Made by a program: the position numbers and the translations under genes
Notes under the pieces: model-generated
What the model was told of the DNA's origin: nothing
The model's database searches: none
Seen by the model: the letters and a program-made list of their open reading frames with translations, nothing else
Source of the DNA: an uncultured Methanosarcinales archaeon
Lineage (GTDB): Archaea; Nanobdellota; Nanobdellia; Woesearchaeales; CAYVYK01
Assembly (NCBI GenBank): GCA_964455675.1
Contig: CAYVYK010000008.1
Coordinates: 1-64,000 of the forward strand
Length of the DNA stretch: 64,000 nt
Direction: 5' to 3'
Shown here: piece by piece, positions 1-10,068 of the stretch
Layout of the letters: every line of letters starts with the position of its first letter
How positions within the stretch are numbered: the stretch's first letter is position 1

Positions 1-178
<178 letters not shown>

Positions 179-197
179 GCAGTGGACTTTACGGGTG

Positions 198-205
198 TTT
201 ATAAA
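198..205. promoter_or_regulatory. TATA box (palindromic TTTATAAA), probably for tRNA-Glu
   Basis: Lies about 25 nt upstream of the tRNA 5' end on the minus strand; the same octamer precedes many genes in the window. Confidence 0.6.
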
Positions 206-381
206 GATTTGCGCCGAGTTTGTGATTGCAGAAGGCCTCGCAAAGACTTGGCGCAACGCATCCGATTCTGAATACATTCTTTCGCACGATGGACACTTTC
301 CCTGCATGGACATATTTTGTTGTCACCATCCGGTAGCATATAAACAATAGCTTTATAAATCGCAAACAGCCCCCAGAGAGC

Positions 382-1656
382 ATGAAAAGTATAATCTCAC
401 CCATTGACACCGTGCTACCGAACGGATTTCATCTCGTCGCGCAGAAAACGCCCTCACTTAATGTAGCGGCAACACTGCGCGTAGAATTCGGCGCCATAAA
501 CGAACGGAGCGGAGAAGAAGGGCTTGCCCACTTTCTCGAGCATGCAGTCATCAATGGAGGAACATATCGGCATTCTCCGGAAGAGCAAGACCAATGGCTT
601 TCCGAACTCGCGTCCTCAAACGCCTCTACAAGCCACACCGTCACAAACTATACCATGAAGGGACTTGCGGACGACCTTGAAGGATGGCTTACACTTGCCG
701 CAGACATGGTATTTCATCCGAGGCTCGACGCAAAACGCGTCGATCAGGAACGGCAAAGGATCCTGCAAGAGATAGCACGAGGACGAAACACCCCAGCCTA
801 CCCGGCTCATAGAGAATACCAGCAAAGATTCCTCGGGGAGCACCCATTCACGCGAGAAGTCGACGGAGAATTCGAAGTCGTCGAACGAGCAACACGCGAA
901 GATCTTCTATCGATCCATGAGCGCGGCTACAAGGCATCGCACATGGTACTCTTCATCGCGGGAAAAATCCCGCAAAGAATCGAAAGAACGGTCAACCGCA
1001 TCTTCGGGGGATTTCCATGCCATGAGTACGCCCCGCAAATTGTACCACCAGTACGCGGACCATCACGACCTGAGATTATCAACGCTAACGCGCCTGACCT
1101 CAAACCATCCGCGGATAGAAACAACAACCTGCCACAATCGCAGATTACCATTGGCTTCCTGACCGAACCTGCTGCACACCCCGATACTATGGCACTTGAT
1201 ATGCTACGATGGGTGATGGGCTATGGACCCTACTCACGGCTCCACCAGCGACTCAGCAGAGAGCAAGGCCTCTGCTACCACGTATCCGCAACGCAACAGG
1301 TGACCCTGCACTATGGATCCATCGAGACTAACGGAAAATTCGACGCGGCACGAACCGAACATGCCGTACAAGGAATATTTGATGTCATGCAAGCGCTGAA
1401 AGATGAAAAGATTCCCAAACGAGACCTCGATCGCGTCATCAGATCAACCCAGCATGAAGTGACACAAGTCCTCGAGTCCACGCAAGGCATGCTCAACATG
1501 CTCTCCGCATACCACGACATCGGCCTTTATCCAGAAATGATACTTCAGCGAATGCGAGCGGCAACGCCCGAACAGCTCCAAGGACTCGCGCAGCACTATC
1601 TCCCCGACCGCGAAAACGGAAAATATGTCCAACTCATCAGAAATCCGCTCCAGTAG
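382..1656 (+). CDS. M16 family (pitrilysin/insulinase-like) zinc peptidase
   Basis: Inverted zincin motif HFLEH, NASTS motif, SRL..RL..EQGL.Y in the C-domain; TATA at 352-359. Confidence 0.9.
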   Translation: MKSIISPIDTVLPNGFHLVAQKTPSLNVAATLRVEFGAINERSGEEGLAHFLEHAVINGGTYRHSPEEQDQWLSELASSNASTSHTVTNYTMKGLADDLEGWLTLAADMVFHPRLDAKRVDQERQRILQEIARGRNTPAYPAHREYQQRFLGEHPFTREVDGEFEVVERATREDLLSIHERGYKASHMVLFIAGKIPQRIERTVNRIFGGFPCHEYAPQIVPPVRGPSRPEIINANAPDLKPSADRNNNLPQSQITIGFLTEPAAHPDTMALDMLRWVMGYGPYSRLHQRLSREQGLCYHVSATQQVTLHYGSIETNGKFDAARTEHAVQGIFDVMQALKDEKIPKRDLDRVIRSTQHEVTQVLESTQGMLNMLSAYHDIGLYPEMILQRMRAATPEQLQGLAQHYLPDRENGKYVQLIRNPLQ

Positions 1657-1688
1657 ATTTTTTATAGTAGTACTCCAGCACATGCCGC

Positions 1689-2081
1689 ATGGCAAAAGTG
1701 AAATACCTCCGAATCTGTCCAAAATGCAAGAGCGCTAAAGTAGAAGTAGAAAAGAGCAACCCTCTCCATGCCACCTTCGGCGTCCCATGGATGTATGTCT
1801 GCCAGTCGTGCGGGCATAGCGGACAAGTATTCCCTGAAGTCGCAATAGATTCTCTCAAGAACGTGAAAAAAGAAAAACCGATCAAGCAGAAAAGCCCACA
1901 GATTGACACATCCTACGGCGAATTCCAGGTGCGATTCATCTGGAAGATCCTCGCGCCGATATGCTTCGTGCTTGGACTCCTCCTCATACCACCGATCCTA
2001 CCTGTAGCAATCATGATGATTGTTTTCTCACTTGTTATTGGATACTTTGCATACATCAAAAAACCAGGGCTTTCACCATGA
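1689..2081 (+). CDS. Zn-ribbon membrane protein
   Basis: CPKC...CQSC plus two C-terminal transmembrane (TM) helices. Confidence 0.7.
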   Translation: MAKVKYLRICPKCKSAKVEVEKSNPLHATFGVPWMYVCQSCGHSGQVFPEVAIDSLKNVKKEKPIKQKSPQIDTSYGEFQVRFIWKILAPICFVLGLLLIPPILPVAIMMIVFSLVIGYFAYIKKPGLSP

Positions 2082-2854
2082 GGATTGAGCTTGACTACAC
2101 GAAGAGTCCGGAACAGAACGCGGCAACCTACTTTGAGAAGGCAAAATCCCTCAAGAAAAAAATCCTTGGAGCAGAAAAAGCGATCCTGAAAGCACACGCA
2201 GACCTCGCAAAGATCGAAGCGAAGAAGGAAGAACAGGAACAGGCAACGACAAGAACACGACGGCACAAAGAGTGGTATGAGAAATTCCGATGGTTTATCA
2301 CATCAAGCGGATTCCTCGTCATCGGGGGAAGGGACGCGACCACGAACGATATCATCGTGAAAAAACACACCGACGCACACGACGTCGTCTTTCACACGGA
2401 CATGGCAGGGAGCCCGTTCTTCATCGTCAAGACAGAAGGGAAACCTGTCGATAGCGAAAGCCTGGGAGAAGTTGCCGACGCGACATGCTCATTCTCGAGA
2501 GCATTCAAGCTTGGCCTTTCAGCAAGCGACGTATTCTATGTCAAACCCGAACAGCTGACCAAAACACCGCGCGCAGGAGAGTACCTTGGAAAGGGCGCAT
2601 TCGTTGTGCATGGAAAGACAAACTACCTCCCGAACGAAATCAATGTCAGCATCGGCGCACTACCTGACGGACGCATCATGTGCGGCCCCCTCAACGCGGT
2701 CAAAAAGCACTGCGCAAAGTACCTTATCATCAAGCAAGGCTCAACAAAGCCATCGGACATCGCAAAGAAAATTAAAAAAGAACTCGGCGGAGAACTTGAC
2801 GAGATCATCAGACTCCTTCCAAGCGGAACAATGAAGATCGTTCAGCGGTCCTGA
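2078..2854 (+). CDS. NFACT-R (DUF814) RNA-binding protein, RqcH/NEMF C-terminal-like
   Basis: NA..YF.KAK, WYEKFRWF..S.G.LVIGGRDA..ND, FH.D..GSP, GEYL.KGAF motifs; ATG overlaps the upstream stop. Confidence 0.88.
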   Translation: MRIELDYTKSPEQNAATYFEKAKSLKKKILGAEKAILKAHADLAKIEAKKEEQEQATTRTRRHKEWYEKFRWFITSSGFLVIGGRDATTNDIIVKKHTDAHDVVFHTDMAGSPFFIVKTEGKPVDSESLGEVADATCSFSRAFKLGLSASDVFYVKPEQLTKTPRAGEYLGKGAFVVHGKTNYLPNEINVSIGALPDGRIMCGPLNAVKKHCAKYLIIKQGSTKPSDIAKKIKKELGGELDEIIRLLPSGTMKIVQRS

Positions 2855-3228
2855 ACAACACACCCAAGAGACTCAAGCTTCTTTTTCGCCTTTAGCGCGT
2901 CCTTCTTTTTCACGAGAATGTGGTCTGTCGAAAACGCAGACACTGTGAAAATCCCGATACCCTCTGCAGCAAGGGCTTTTGAAACGGTAGCGATGAAACC
3001 AACAAGCTCGAAGGGGAGCACCATGTCAAATGTGAACATCTTCCAATCCCTGTCCATCCGAATAACATTCTTCAAATTAATCCTCGTCTGGTCGACGATG
3101 AGCGTGATCTCGTTCTTGTCCACGATATTCGCGAATGCATAGTAGTCAACCTTCTTTGATTTGACGATGGCAAACGTTTCCTTCCAAAGAAATACCTTAC
3201 CTTTTCTCAGGTATTCGCCAGGCTTCAT
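2842..3228 (-). CDS. ACT-domain protein (CASTOR/ACT_7-like)
   Basis: LPF.LVGFIA.VS.ALA..GI.IF.VSAFSTDHILV. Confidence 0.85.
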   Translation of the reverse strand: MKPGEYLRKGKVFLWKETFAIVKSKKVDYYAFANIVDKNEITLIVDQTRINLKNVIRMDRDWKMFTFDMVLPFELVGFIATVSKALAAEGIGIFTVSAFSTDHILVKKKDALKAKKKLESLGCVVQDR

Positions 3229-3280
3229 CTCATCCACAAGGAACGCAAAGGATAAAAACGTATCGAAAACGACAGGGAGG

Positions 3281-3784
3281 CTATATAAGCGGAAGAATAT
3301 ATTTTTTCAGGATGTATCTCGCACTATCCGTGACAGTAACCCCCTCGAGCAGATCCTCCACGGCGGGCTTGTCAAAATATTTCACTTTCTTGACTTCATT
3401 AGGGTCGATCTTGATGCTTTTCAACGGTAGGTTGAGGCGCACCAGAAACACCCTCGCAAAACGGACGTTGTTTCGGACAGAACGCCTCGACTCAAACAGC
3501 TCGAATGCGATCTCCTGGAATTCTTCGGGCGATACCGTTAGACCGAGCTCCTCACGAAGTTCCCGCATCGCCCCCTCAAGATAAGATTCATTCACTGGAA
3601 AATGACCGGCAGCAGAATGATCCCACAGACCATTATCCGCACGCATCTGCAATAACACCCGCTTTTCGTTGATAAGATATACATAAGTCTCACGATGCAA
3701 CAACCCTCTCGTGTGCACAACAGAAAGTTTTTCGCTGCCAATGATATGATCGTGCTCATCCACGATGGGAACAACTTCAGGCAT
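3281..3784 (-). CDS. NUDIX hydrolase (IDI type 1-like)
   Basis: H..GLLHR, WD.SAAGH, and Nudix box ES...GAMRELREELG. Confidence 0.88.
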   Translation of the reverse strand: MPEVVPIVDEHDHIIGSEKLSVVHTRGLLHRETYVYLINEKRVLLQMRADNGLWDHSAAGHFPVNESYLEGAMRELREELGLTVSPEEFQEIAFELFESRRSVRNNVRFARVFLVRLNLPLKSIKIDPNEVKKVKYFDKPAVEDLLEGVTVTDSARYILKKYILPLI

Positions 3785-3835
3785 ATCGTAACGATACGAT
3801 ACTTGGTTATTAAGTATTGCGGAAAAAGTCAGAAT

Positions 3836-4031
3836 GTAGGTATCGACCTATTATGGCTCTTCCCACTGTACGGTATCCTGTATTATAACACTATCGTAGG
3901 ACGATCCACCTCCCTCCGCTAATGATGTCAACTAAGTGCGGTTCACTATCATATTATCAGAGTAGGACGATCCACCTCCCTCCGGTCGGTGGGTCTCGGT
4001 CGGCATCTTCAAGCTGCGCTTGAATGATGCC
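3836..4031 (+). repeat. Dispersed GTAG-repeat/double-hairpin element, copy 1
   Basis: Exact 23-mer GTAGGACGATCCACCTCCCTCCG at 3896 and 3962, with a degenerate unit at 3836. Hairpins CCACC..GGTGG and GGCATCTTCAAGC-TGC-GCTTGAA-T-GATGCC. Confidence 0.85.
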
Positions 4032-4114
4032 TCTGTGGCGATTGATTGAATGATCTCCCTCTACTGAGTGTGGCTTTTCGGATCTGGAGGATTGCTGCAA
4101 ATGAGGTTCTCGAT

Positions 4115-4543
4115 TCACTTTGGAATGGTGCGCATACGCTCGACAATGTTCCTCTGCATGCGCTCGGCTTCTCCTGGTGTATACTTCTTCTGAGGCCAAG
4201 CGGGAAGGCCATCCTTATGATAACGAGGAATAAGATGAACATGCGCGTGGAACACCGACTGACCTGCGGCCGAATGATTCGCCATAGAGATCGTCATGCC
4301 CTCTGCGTTCGTTGCGGCCTTGAGATGCGAGGCAATCCTATGGACGGCAGACATCTGCCTGCCAAATACGCTCTCAGGAATAGCAAAGATATCAGGATGA
4401 TGATCTTTTGGAATCACCAGCGTATGTCCCTTGGCAACAGGAGCGATGTCAAGAAAAGCAAGCACGGACTCATCCTCATAGAGTTTCAGACAAGGAATAC
4501 TACCATCCCGTATCTTACAAAAAACACAAGTTTCATCCTGCAT
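4115..4543 (-). CDS. hit: HIT family nucleotide hydrolase (Hint-like)
   Basis: CVFCKI, GHTLVIPK.H, and an intact triad HAHVHLIPR. Confidence 0.93.
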   Translation of the reverse strand: MQDETCVFCKIRDGSIPCLKLYEDESVLAFLDIAPVAKGHTLVIPKDHHPDIFAIPESVFGRQMSAVHRIASHLKAATNAEGMTISMANHSAAGQSVFHAHVHLIPRYHKDGLPAWPQKKYTPGEAERMQRNIVERMRTIPK

Positions 4544-4576
4544 GTGAATCCCCCCAGGTCCTTCAAGAGAGAACTC

Positions 4577-4957
4577 CTATAATAATTTGTGGGATTCCTT
4601 CTCCCTATGTTTGATCTCATTCCACATCTTCACGGCTTCCTCGGGAGTGGAAATCACAACGTCACCAAACACCCAAGGCTTCCTCCGCTTGATTTTCTCT
4701 GTCACGGTTGAGATGACACCCTCTGTAGAAAACTTTCCCTGCGATTCCGCCATGATCGCGAGGCAGAGCGCATCATAGATGATGTCACCAAGCTCCTCCT
4801 TTAAGTTCTCATCATCACCAGCATCAATCGCCTCAAGGACCTCATGCGCCTCATCCACCAGCTGGTGCTTATAGGACTCAATCGTCTGCTCCCTCATCCA
4901 GGGACACTTCTTCATAGAAAGACGGATCGCGGCAACAAGGTCGTCAAATTCCCGCAT
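4577..4957 (-). CDS. mazG: MazG-like nucleotide pyrophosphohydrolase (single domain)
   Basis: CPW..EQT, DE..EV.EAI, EELGD, K..RR.P.VFG. Confidence 0.9.
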   Translation of the reverse strand: MREFDDLVAAIRLSMKKCPWMREQTIESYKHQLVDEAHEVLEAIDAGDDENLKEELGDIIYDALCLAIMAESQGKFSTEGVISTVTEKIKRRKPWVFGDVVISTPEEAVKMWNEIKHREKESHKLL

Positions 4958-5615
4958 TCAGCATCTCCTGCAGCTCGTACAGGTTAGAAATCTTTGGTGA
5001 GAACTCACGGCGATCCTTGCGGTCAAGAAGGAGTGCAGGAATACCGGCAGCTTCAGCACTACGAATATCAGAATCTATGCTATCCCCGACCATCAGAGCA
5101 TCTTCTGCCGTGAGATTAAGAGTCTCCAGGGCTTGCGCAAAAAGTTCCGGATCTGACTTGAGCTTACCAACCTTACAGGAGAGCAGCACAAGATCAAAGT
5201 ACTGGGCAAGCTTGTACTTCTCAATGACTTCCTGAATGGAAAAGCAGTCCGTGTTTGAAACGAGCACTAGCTTATACTTCTTCTTGAGCGAGGCAAGAAC
5301 CTCAAGAACCTCAGGGAAGGGTTTTGCGAGGAGACGATTCTTGTTCCAAAGACCGATAAGCTGGTCCACATGATGCTCGTTTGGCGTCAGCTTGAATTCC
5401 CTGCAGACAGCGGAGAACGCCTCGCGAAGCGAAGGGAATTCCTCGCGCATGAATGCGGCCTCAAAGCGGACAACAAACTCACTGAATTCCATCTGGTTCA
5501 GCCAGAGGATACGACGAGCTTCCTTAATCGGAGAAGGCAGGACTCCATTCTCGACAAGAGTACCCCAGAAGTCAAAGAAGACCACTTTCACCTTGGCAGT
5601 ATCAATCTCTGTCAA
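4944..5615 (-). CDS. HAD-superfamily hydrolase (IA)
   Basis: DFWGTL, SN, K.D, and MVGDS...DI motifs. Confidence 0.88.
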   Translation of the reverse strand: MTEIDTAKVKVVFFDFWGTLVENGVLPSPIKEARRILWLNQMEFSEFVVRFEAAFMREEFPSLREAFSAVCREFKLTPNEHHVDQLIGLWNKNRLLAKPFPEVLEVLASLKKKYKLVLVSNTDCFSIQEVIEKYKLAQYFDLVLLSCKVGKLKSDPELFAQALETLNLTAEDALMVGDSIDSDIRSAEAAGIPALLLDRKDRREFSPKISNLYELQEMLNAGI

Positions 5616-6118
5616 ATTTCCTCCGCCTCCTCCTGCCAGATATCAATCAGCTCCACCTCGTTCGTTGACGTATCCAAAATCATGATCGTGTTCTCACAAT
5701 TCCAAAAATGCGCACCAGGATTCAAAACGCGAGTACCACCAATGCTATCATCACGCACGGTGTGAGTATGCCCGGTGAGTATGTAGTCAAAGCGCCCCGA
5801 TTCAATCAGATCATCAAGACGCGAACGGATCTGTCCATGGTAGATTGCGAACTTCTTTCCTCCCAACTCAAGTTCGGCAATATCGTCAAAGAATTCCCCA
5901 CCGATCTCAGAAATGCGCTCACGAAGCAGCGCGGGATCACCATCATTATTACCCCGAATAAAGACTGTCTTTAACCCCTCGAAATGAGGTATGACAGCCG
6001 GAGAAATAATATCACCACAATGAATGACCAAGTCAACCTTATTCTCCTGAAGTATAAGAACTGCCTTAATCACGTTTCGAATGTTATCATGCGTGTCTGA
6101 GATGATTCCGATTTTCAT
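5612..6118 (-). CDS. YfcE/MJ0936-family metallophosphoesterase
   Basis: SDTH, HCGD, GNND, HG, GHTH and NPG motifs. Confidence 0.92.
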   Translation of the reverse strand: MKIGIISDTHDNIRNVIKAVLILQENKVDLVIHCGDIISPAVIPHFEGLKTVFIRGNNDGDPALLRERISEIGGEFFDDIAELELGGKKFAIYHGQIRSRLDDLIESGRFDYILTGHTHTVRDDSIGGTRVLNPGAHFWNCENTIMILDTSTNEVELIDIWQEEAEEI

Positions 6119-6216
6119 TATTACCTCATTTGGGAAAGGCAGTCGGGCAAACTGGACCAGTCGACAATAAAAAACCCTTCACGGATTTTTTAAGCCTCCT
6201 GGTCCATCGCAAGCGA

Positions 6217-6290
6217 TGGACCAGTCGGGATTTGAACCCGAAGTCTCTCCCATGCCATGGGAGCGCGATACCGGATTACGCTACTGGCCC
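6217..6290 (-). tRNA. trnA: tRNA-Ala(GGC)
   Basis: GGGCCAG/CTGGTCC acceptor stem with G3:U70, CTCCC-AT-GGC-AT-GGGAG anticodon arm, TTCAAAT T-loop. Confidence 0.95.
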
Positions 6291-6335
6291 CCAGAGAGGA
6301 AGAAAGACGGCCCCTTTAAAAAATTTGTGATTACG

Positions 6336-7583
6336 CTAGGAGGCGGTTTTTGCAACTCCAGCAGAACGGTGGATCATCAAGACCCGAATGGACGAGAACA
6401 GTATCGAGAGACCAATCACGACATACACAATACCAGCAATCACCGTGGCGTTCGGAACCTCATTCAGGACGATCATCTGGGTGATGGCAGCAGCGGCGAG
6501 ACCTCGCGCAAATAGGGCATTCACGATACGGCGGTCATAATCCGGAAACTCCTTTGTCAGGAAAGAAGAGGCCTGCCTTGAGCCAAGGAGCAAGGCTACG
6601 ATTGCTATACCAAGAATGAGCTCATAAGGATTGTTAATCCTAAAGAGGATACCGATGTACACGAAAAAGAATGTCTTCAGGAAAAAAGAAATCTGCATAT
6701 AAAACAATTCCTCATAATGCGTTGTGACCGCAACACCAATCGGTTGCTTAGCCTTCTGCTGATCATGGGACACAATACGCTGGAAAAGCTCCGTAAGCTG
6801 CTTGGAGTTCCTAAGCATTAAACCAAGGAAGAGCGTAGCAATTGCGCCATTTCCATGAAGGAACTCAGCAATGATGTATACAAGTATCACATAGGCAATA
6901 GTGACCATGTAGGACTTGTGCTCCTTGAGAACATTCACGACCAAGAATATCCACACAACACCAGCGACAATTCCGATGAGTCCCGCGACTGCAAAGATTG
7001 AAGCGATGGTGCTCAACATGACCTGCATCTGGAACGAATCTACCTTGATTATCTCGATGGCAGTAATCGCCCCGACAATACAGAGGACATCAGTTATGGC
7101 AGACTCAAGCGTTAAAATCGAGACCGTATCACTCTTTAGCGGCAACTGCTTAATGAGAGGAATCACGAACGCCGAAGAAATACCTCCAAGCGTCAGACCA
7201 GTAAGCAAAGCCTGCATGAATGTGAAATCCCATAGAAATTTTCCGGCAATAAAAACAACAATAGTAATGCCCAACGCTGAAACCACGAAGTTAACCATCG
7301 TAATGCCTAGGCTCTTGGACAGGCCCCGCATGAATGATGAAAGATCAATGTTGAAAGCACCGTCAAACAGCAGAAACAGAAGCGCGAAGGTGGTAAACAC
7401 TGGCGCCGCTGATTCAAGCTGTTCAGGACTCACATAGCCAAAGCCATGAGGGCCAATGATAAAACCGAGAATGATGAGCAACAGAAGATCCGGAATCCCA
7501 AACTTCTTGAAAATGAATTCAGCAATGAAACCAAAGAAAAGTATCCCCGCAACCACCAGCAGGATCATATTCACAGCAACCAT
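6336..7583 (-). CDS. Cation/H+ antiporter (CPA1, NhaP-like)
   Basis: Polytopic membrane protein with LFDG, ESAITD and ARGLAAA motifs. Confidence 0.88.
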   Translation of the reverse strand: MVAVNMILLVVAGILFFGFIAEFIFKKFGIPDLLLLIILGFIIGPHGFGYVSPEQLESAAPVFTTFALLFLLFDGAFNIDLSSFMRGLSKSLGITMVNFVVSALGITIVVFIAGKFLWDFTFMQALLTGLTLGGISSAFVIPLIKQLPLKSDTVSILTLESAITDVLCIVGAITAIEIIKVDSFQMQVMLSTIASIFAVAGLIGIVAGVVWIFLVVNVLKEHKSYMVTIAYVILVYIIAEFLHGNGAIATLFLGLMLRNSKQLTELFQRIVSHDQQKAKQPIGVAVTTHYEELFYMQISFFLKTFFFVYIGILFRINNPYELILGIAIVALLLGSRQASSFLTKEFPDYDRRIVNALFARGLAAAAITQMIVLNEVPNATVIAGIVYVVIGLSILFSSIRVLMIHRSAGVAKTAS

Positions 7584-7626
7584 GCGATTACTCCACCATC
7601 AGCCCCTTTATAGACTTTTCGACTAC

Positions 7627-8190
7627 CTAAAGTGACAGAAGTAATAGAATTCCCAGCGTATTCAAGAAGAATCCCAGCAAACCCATGATGCCCACTTTGA
7701 TGTTGGTCAGGCCGGCGAGCAGAACGATACCAATTTCATCAGGAAGCGGAGAGGCAAGCGCAAAACACGCCAGCGTGTACAAGAGATAGATCTTCAGTGA
7801 TCTGCCAACGCTCCAGTTCACAAAGCGGTCAAAAAACCGGATGACATCAGACTTCCGCAATTCATCAAACTCATCACGAAAACCAATCCTAATGAATTGG
7901 AAGATCAACATATCCCCAGCAAGAGCACCAAGGCCACCAATTAAGGCGCACAAGACAACATGCTCAGGATGCAGCGTAACCAGAAACCCCGCAGAGAAGG
8001 GAGCAGTGAATCCAAACGCATAAAAAATACCTGCGATGAAAATACCCACGTAGCCCCACTCACCCAAGCTGTTCACCAAATCTGCCACACCAGGAGCGGA
8101 GAAGACGACATAGGCAAGAATGATACAGATGACAAGACCAACCAGCTTCGGATACTTAAACTCCCAACCGAGCAAGTCAATCTTTCTCAT
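7627..8190 (-). CDS. Membrane protein (VTT/DedA-like)
   Basis: Several TM helices, GA.AGD..IF and SPLPDE motifs. Confidence 0.65.
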   Translation of the reverse strand: MRKIDLLGWEFKYPKLVGLVICIILAYVVFSAPGVADLVNSLGEWGYVGIFIAGIFYAFGFTAPFSAGFLVTLHPEHVVLCALIGGLGALAGDMLIFQFIRIGFRDEFDELRKSDVIRFFDRFVNWSVGRSLKIYLLYTLACFALASPLPDEIGIVLLAGLTNIKVGIMGLLGFFLNTLGILLLLSL

Positions 8191-8276
8191 ACAGCAGACC
8201 TGAATTCCAAAATTTCTAAGTCTATTCATTCAAAGAGCCCATTAAATATAAATAGAGCTGACCTCCCCCTTGGAGC

Positions 8277-9974
8277 ATGACATTCAACGACAGGATTCAA
8301 CGTTCCATCCGGAATTATAGTCTACAAAATGCCATCAGGTTTGATGGTAAAGCAAACCCCGGAAATGTGATCTCCAAAGTCATCGGACAGTTCCCTGAAC
8401 TCGCGAAGGAAGCCAAGCAGCTCATGGAAGAGATCAAATCAATCGTCGCAGACGTCAATACGCTATCCGCCGAGGAACAACTTCTGGAACTGCACAAGCA
8501 CGCCCCCGAACTCCTCGAACATAAACAGGAGGAACGACACCTCTTTGGCTTCCTGAACATCGAGAAGGGAGAACGCGTGATCACCGCATTCCCACCAGAA
8601 CCAAGCAAGTATCCCCACATTGGACACGCAAAAGCAGCACTCCTCAATTATAACCTCGCGAAAGAGTACCAAGGAAGCTTCTACTTACGATTTGAAGACA
8701 CCAACCCAGAGCTCGCAAGAGACGAATTTTACACCATCATCCTCAATGACATGCAATGGCTAGGGATTGTACCTGACGCCATCCATTACGCATCAGATCA
8801 TATGGAACGATTCTACAACCTCGCCGAAACACTCATCAACAAAGGACACGCATACGTTTGTACGTGCACGAGCGAGGCGATCAAGGAAGCACGGGAAGAC
8901 ATGAGGGCGTGCGCATGCAGGCACCAACACCCGAGCGAAGCGCTAGCCGCATGGAAGAACATGCACGAGTCGCACGAAGGAGACGCACTCCTCCGCATGA
9001 AAATCGACATGGAGCACAAAAACGCAACAATGCGAGACCCAGCGCTATTTCGCATTATCGAAGCGGACCACGCACGCCTTGGAAAACAATTCAGGGTGTG
9101 GCCAACATACGACTTCCAAAATCCGGTCATGGACGGAATCACAGGCGTCACACACAGACTTCGGAGCAAAGAATTCGAGCTGCGCAACGAACTCCACAGA
9201 CTCATCCAGCGAACGCTAGGATTTCCCGAAACAAAGATCTACGAATTCGCACGATTCAACATGGTCGGCGTCGAAAGCAGCGGACGCATCATCAGAGAAA
9301 AGATTGGAAACGGTGAATTCAGAGGATGGGACGATCCCAGACTCACTACTCTTGTGGCCCTGCGGCGCAGAGGATTTCAGCCAGGAGCGATAGCACATTT
9401 TGTCATGAACACAGGAATCACGAAAAGCGAGGCAACACTCACATGGGATGACCTCATCGTGCAGAACAGAAAGATCGTGGAACCAATCGCAAGGCGATAC
9501 TTCTTCATCTCAGATCCGATAACGATCACAATCGAAGGAAGCCCCAAGTTCTGCACCGATCTGCACCTCAACCCAAATGAGAAAAAAGGCGGCCGGCCAT
9601 TCTCCATCGACGGATCATTCATCGTATCGTCAAAGGACCTGCAAAGCATCGAGGACGGAGAGCTCGTACGACTGATGGAATGCCTCAACTTCCGAAGACG
9701 CGGGAAGCAGTACGTCTTTGAGAGCAAGGAACACAGCGACTTCAAGGGGCACGGCAAGAGACTGATCCACTGGCTACCAGCGAATACACGACACTTTCGC
9801 GTGAAGATTATGAAGAACGACCTTTCGATCATCCAAGGACTCGCCGAGCACAATCTCGAACAGATCAAAGAAGGAGAGGTCATCCAGTTCGAACGATTCG
9901 GATTCTGCAGGCTTGATGCTATCGAAGGAACGCTCGAGGAAGGTACACGCATCTTCTGGTACACCCACCAGTAA
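8277..9974 (+). CDS. gltX: Glutamyl-tRNA synthetase (archaeal type)
   Basis: FPPEPS.YPHIGH, RFEDTNP, WPTYDF, GWDDPRL and QFERFGF motifs. Confidence 0.96.
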   Translation: MTFNDRIQRSIRNYSLQNAIRFDGKANPGNVISKVIGQFPELAKEAKQLMEEIKSIVADVNTLSAEEQLLELHKHAPELLEHKQEERHLFGFLNIEKGERVITAFPPEPSKYPHIGHAKAALLNYNLAKEYQGSFYLRFEDTNPELARDEFYTIILNDMQWLGIVPDAIHYASDHMERFYNLAETLINKGHAYVCTCTSEAIKEAREDMRACACRHQHPSEALAAWKNMHESHEGDALLRMKIDMEHKNATMRDPALFRIIEADHARLGKQFRVWPTYDFQNPVMDGITGVTHRLRSKEFELRNELHRLIQRTLGFPETKIYEFARFNMVGVESSGRIIREKIGNGEFRGWDDPRLTTLVALRRRGFQPGAIAHFVMNTGITKSEATLTWDDLIVQNRKIVEPIARRYFFISDPITITIEGSPKFCTDLHLNPNEKKGGRPFSIDGSFIVSSKDLQSIEDGELVRLMECLNFRRRGKQYVFESKEHSDFKGHGKRLIHWLPANTRHFRVKIMKNDLSIIQGLAEHNLEQIKEGEVIQFERFGFCRLDAIEGTLEEGTRIFWYTHQ

Positions 9975-10068
9975 TTCGCAATCTTCCTGGGACAACACCA
10001 CAGAGCAAGCATTAAATGCGATCAGTTTAATGATATCGTTCTATGAAATTCTCTGAGGTGGAAAACTG

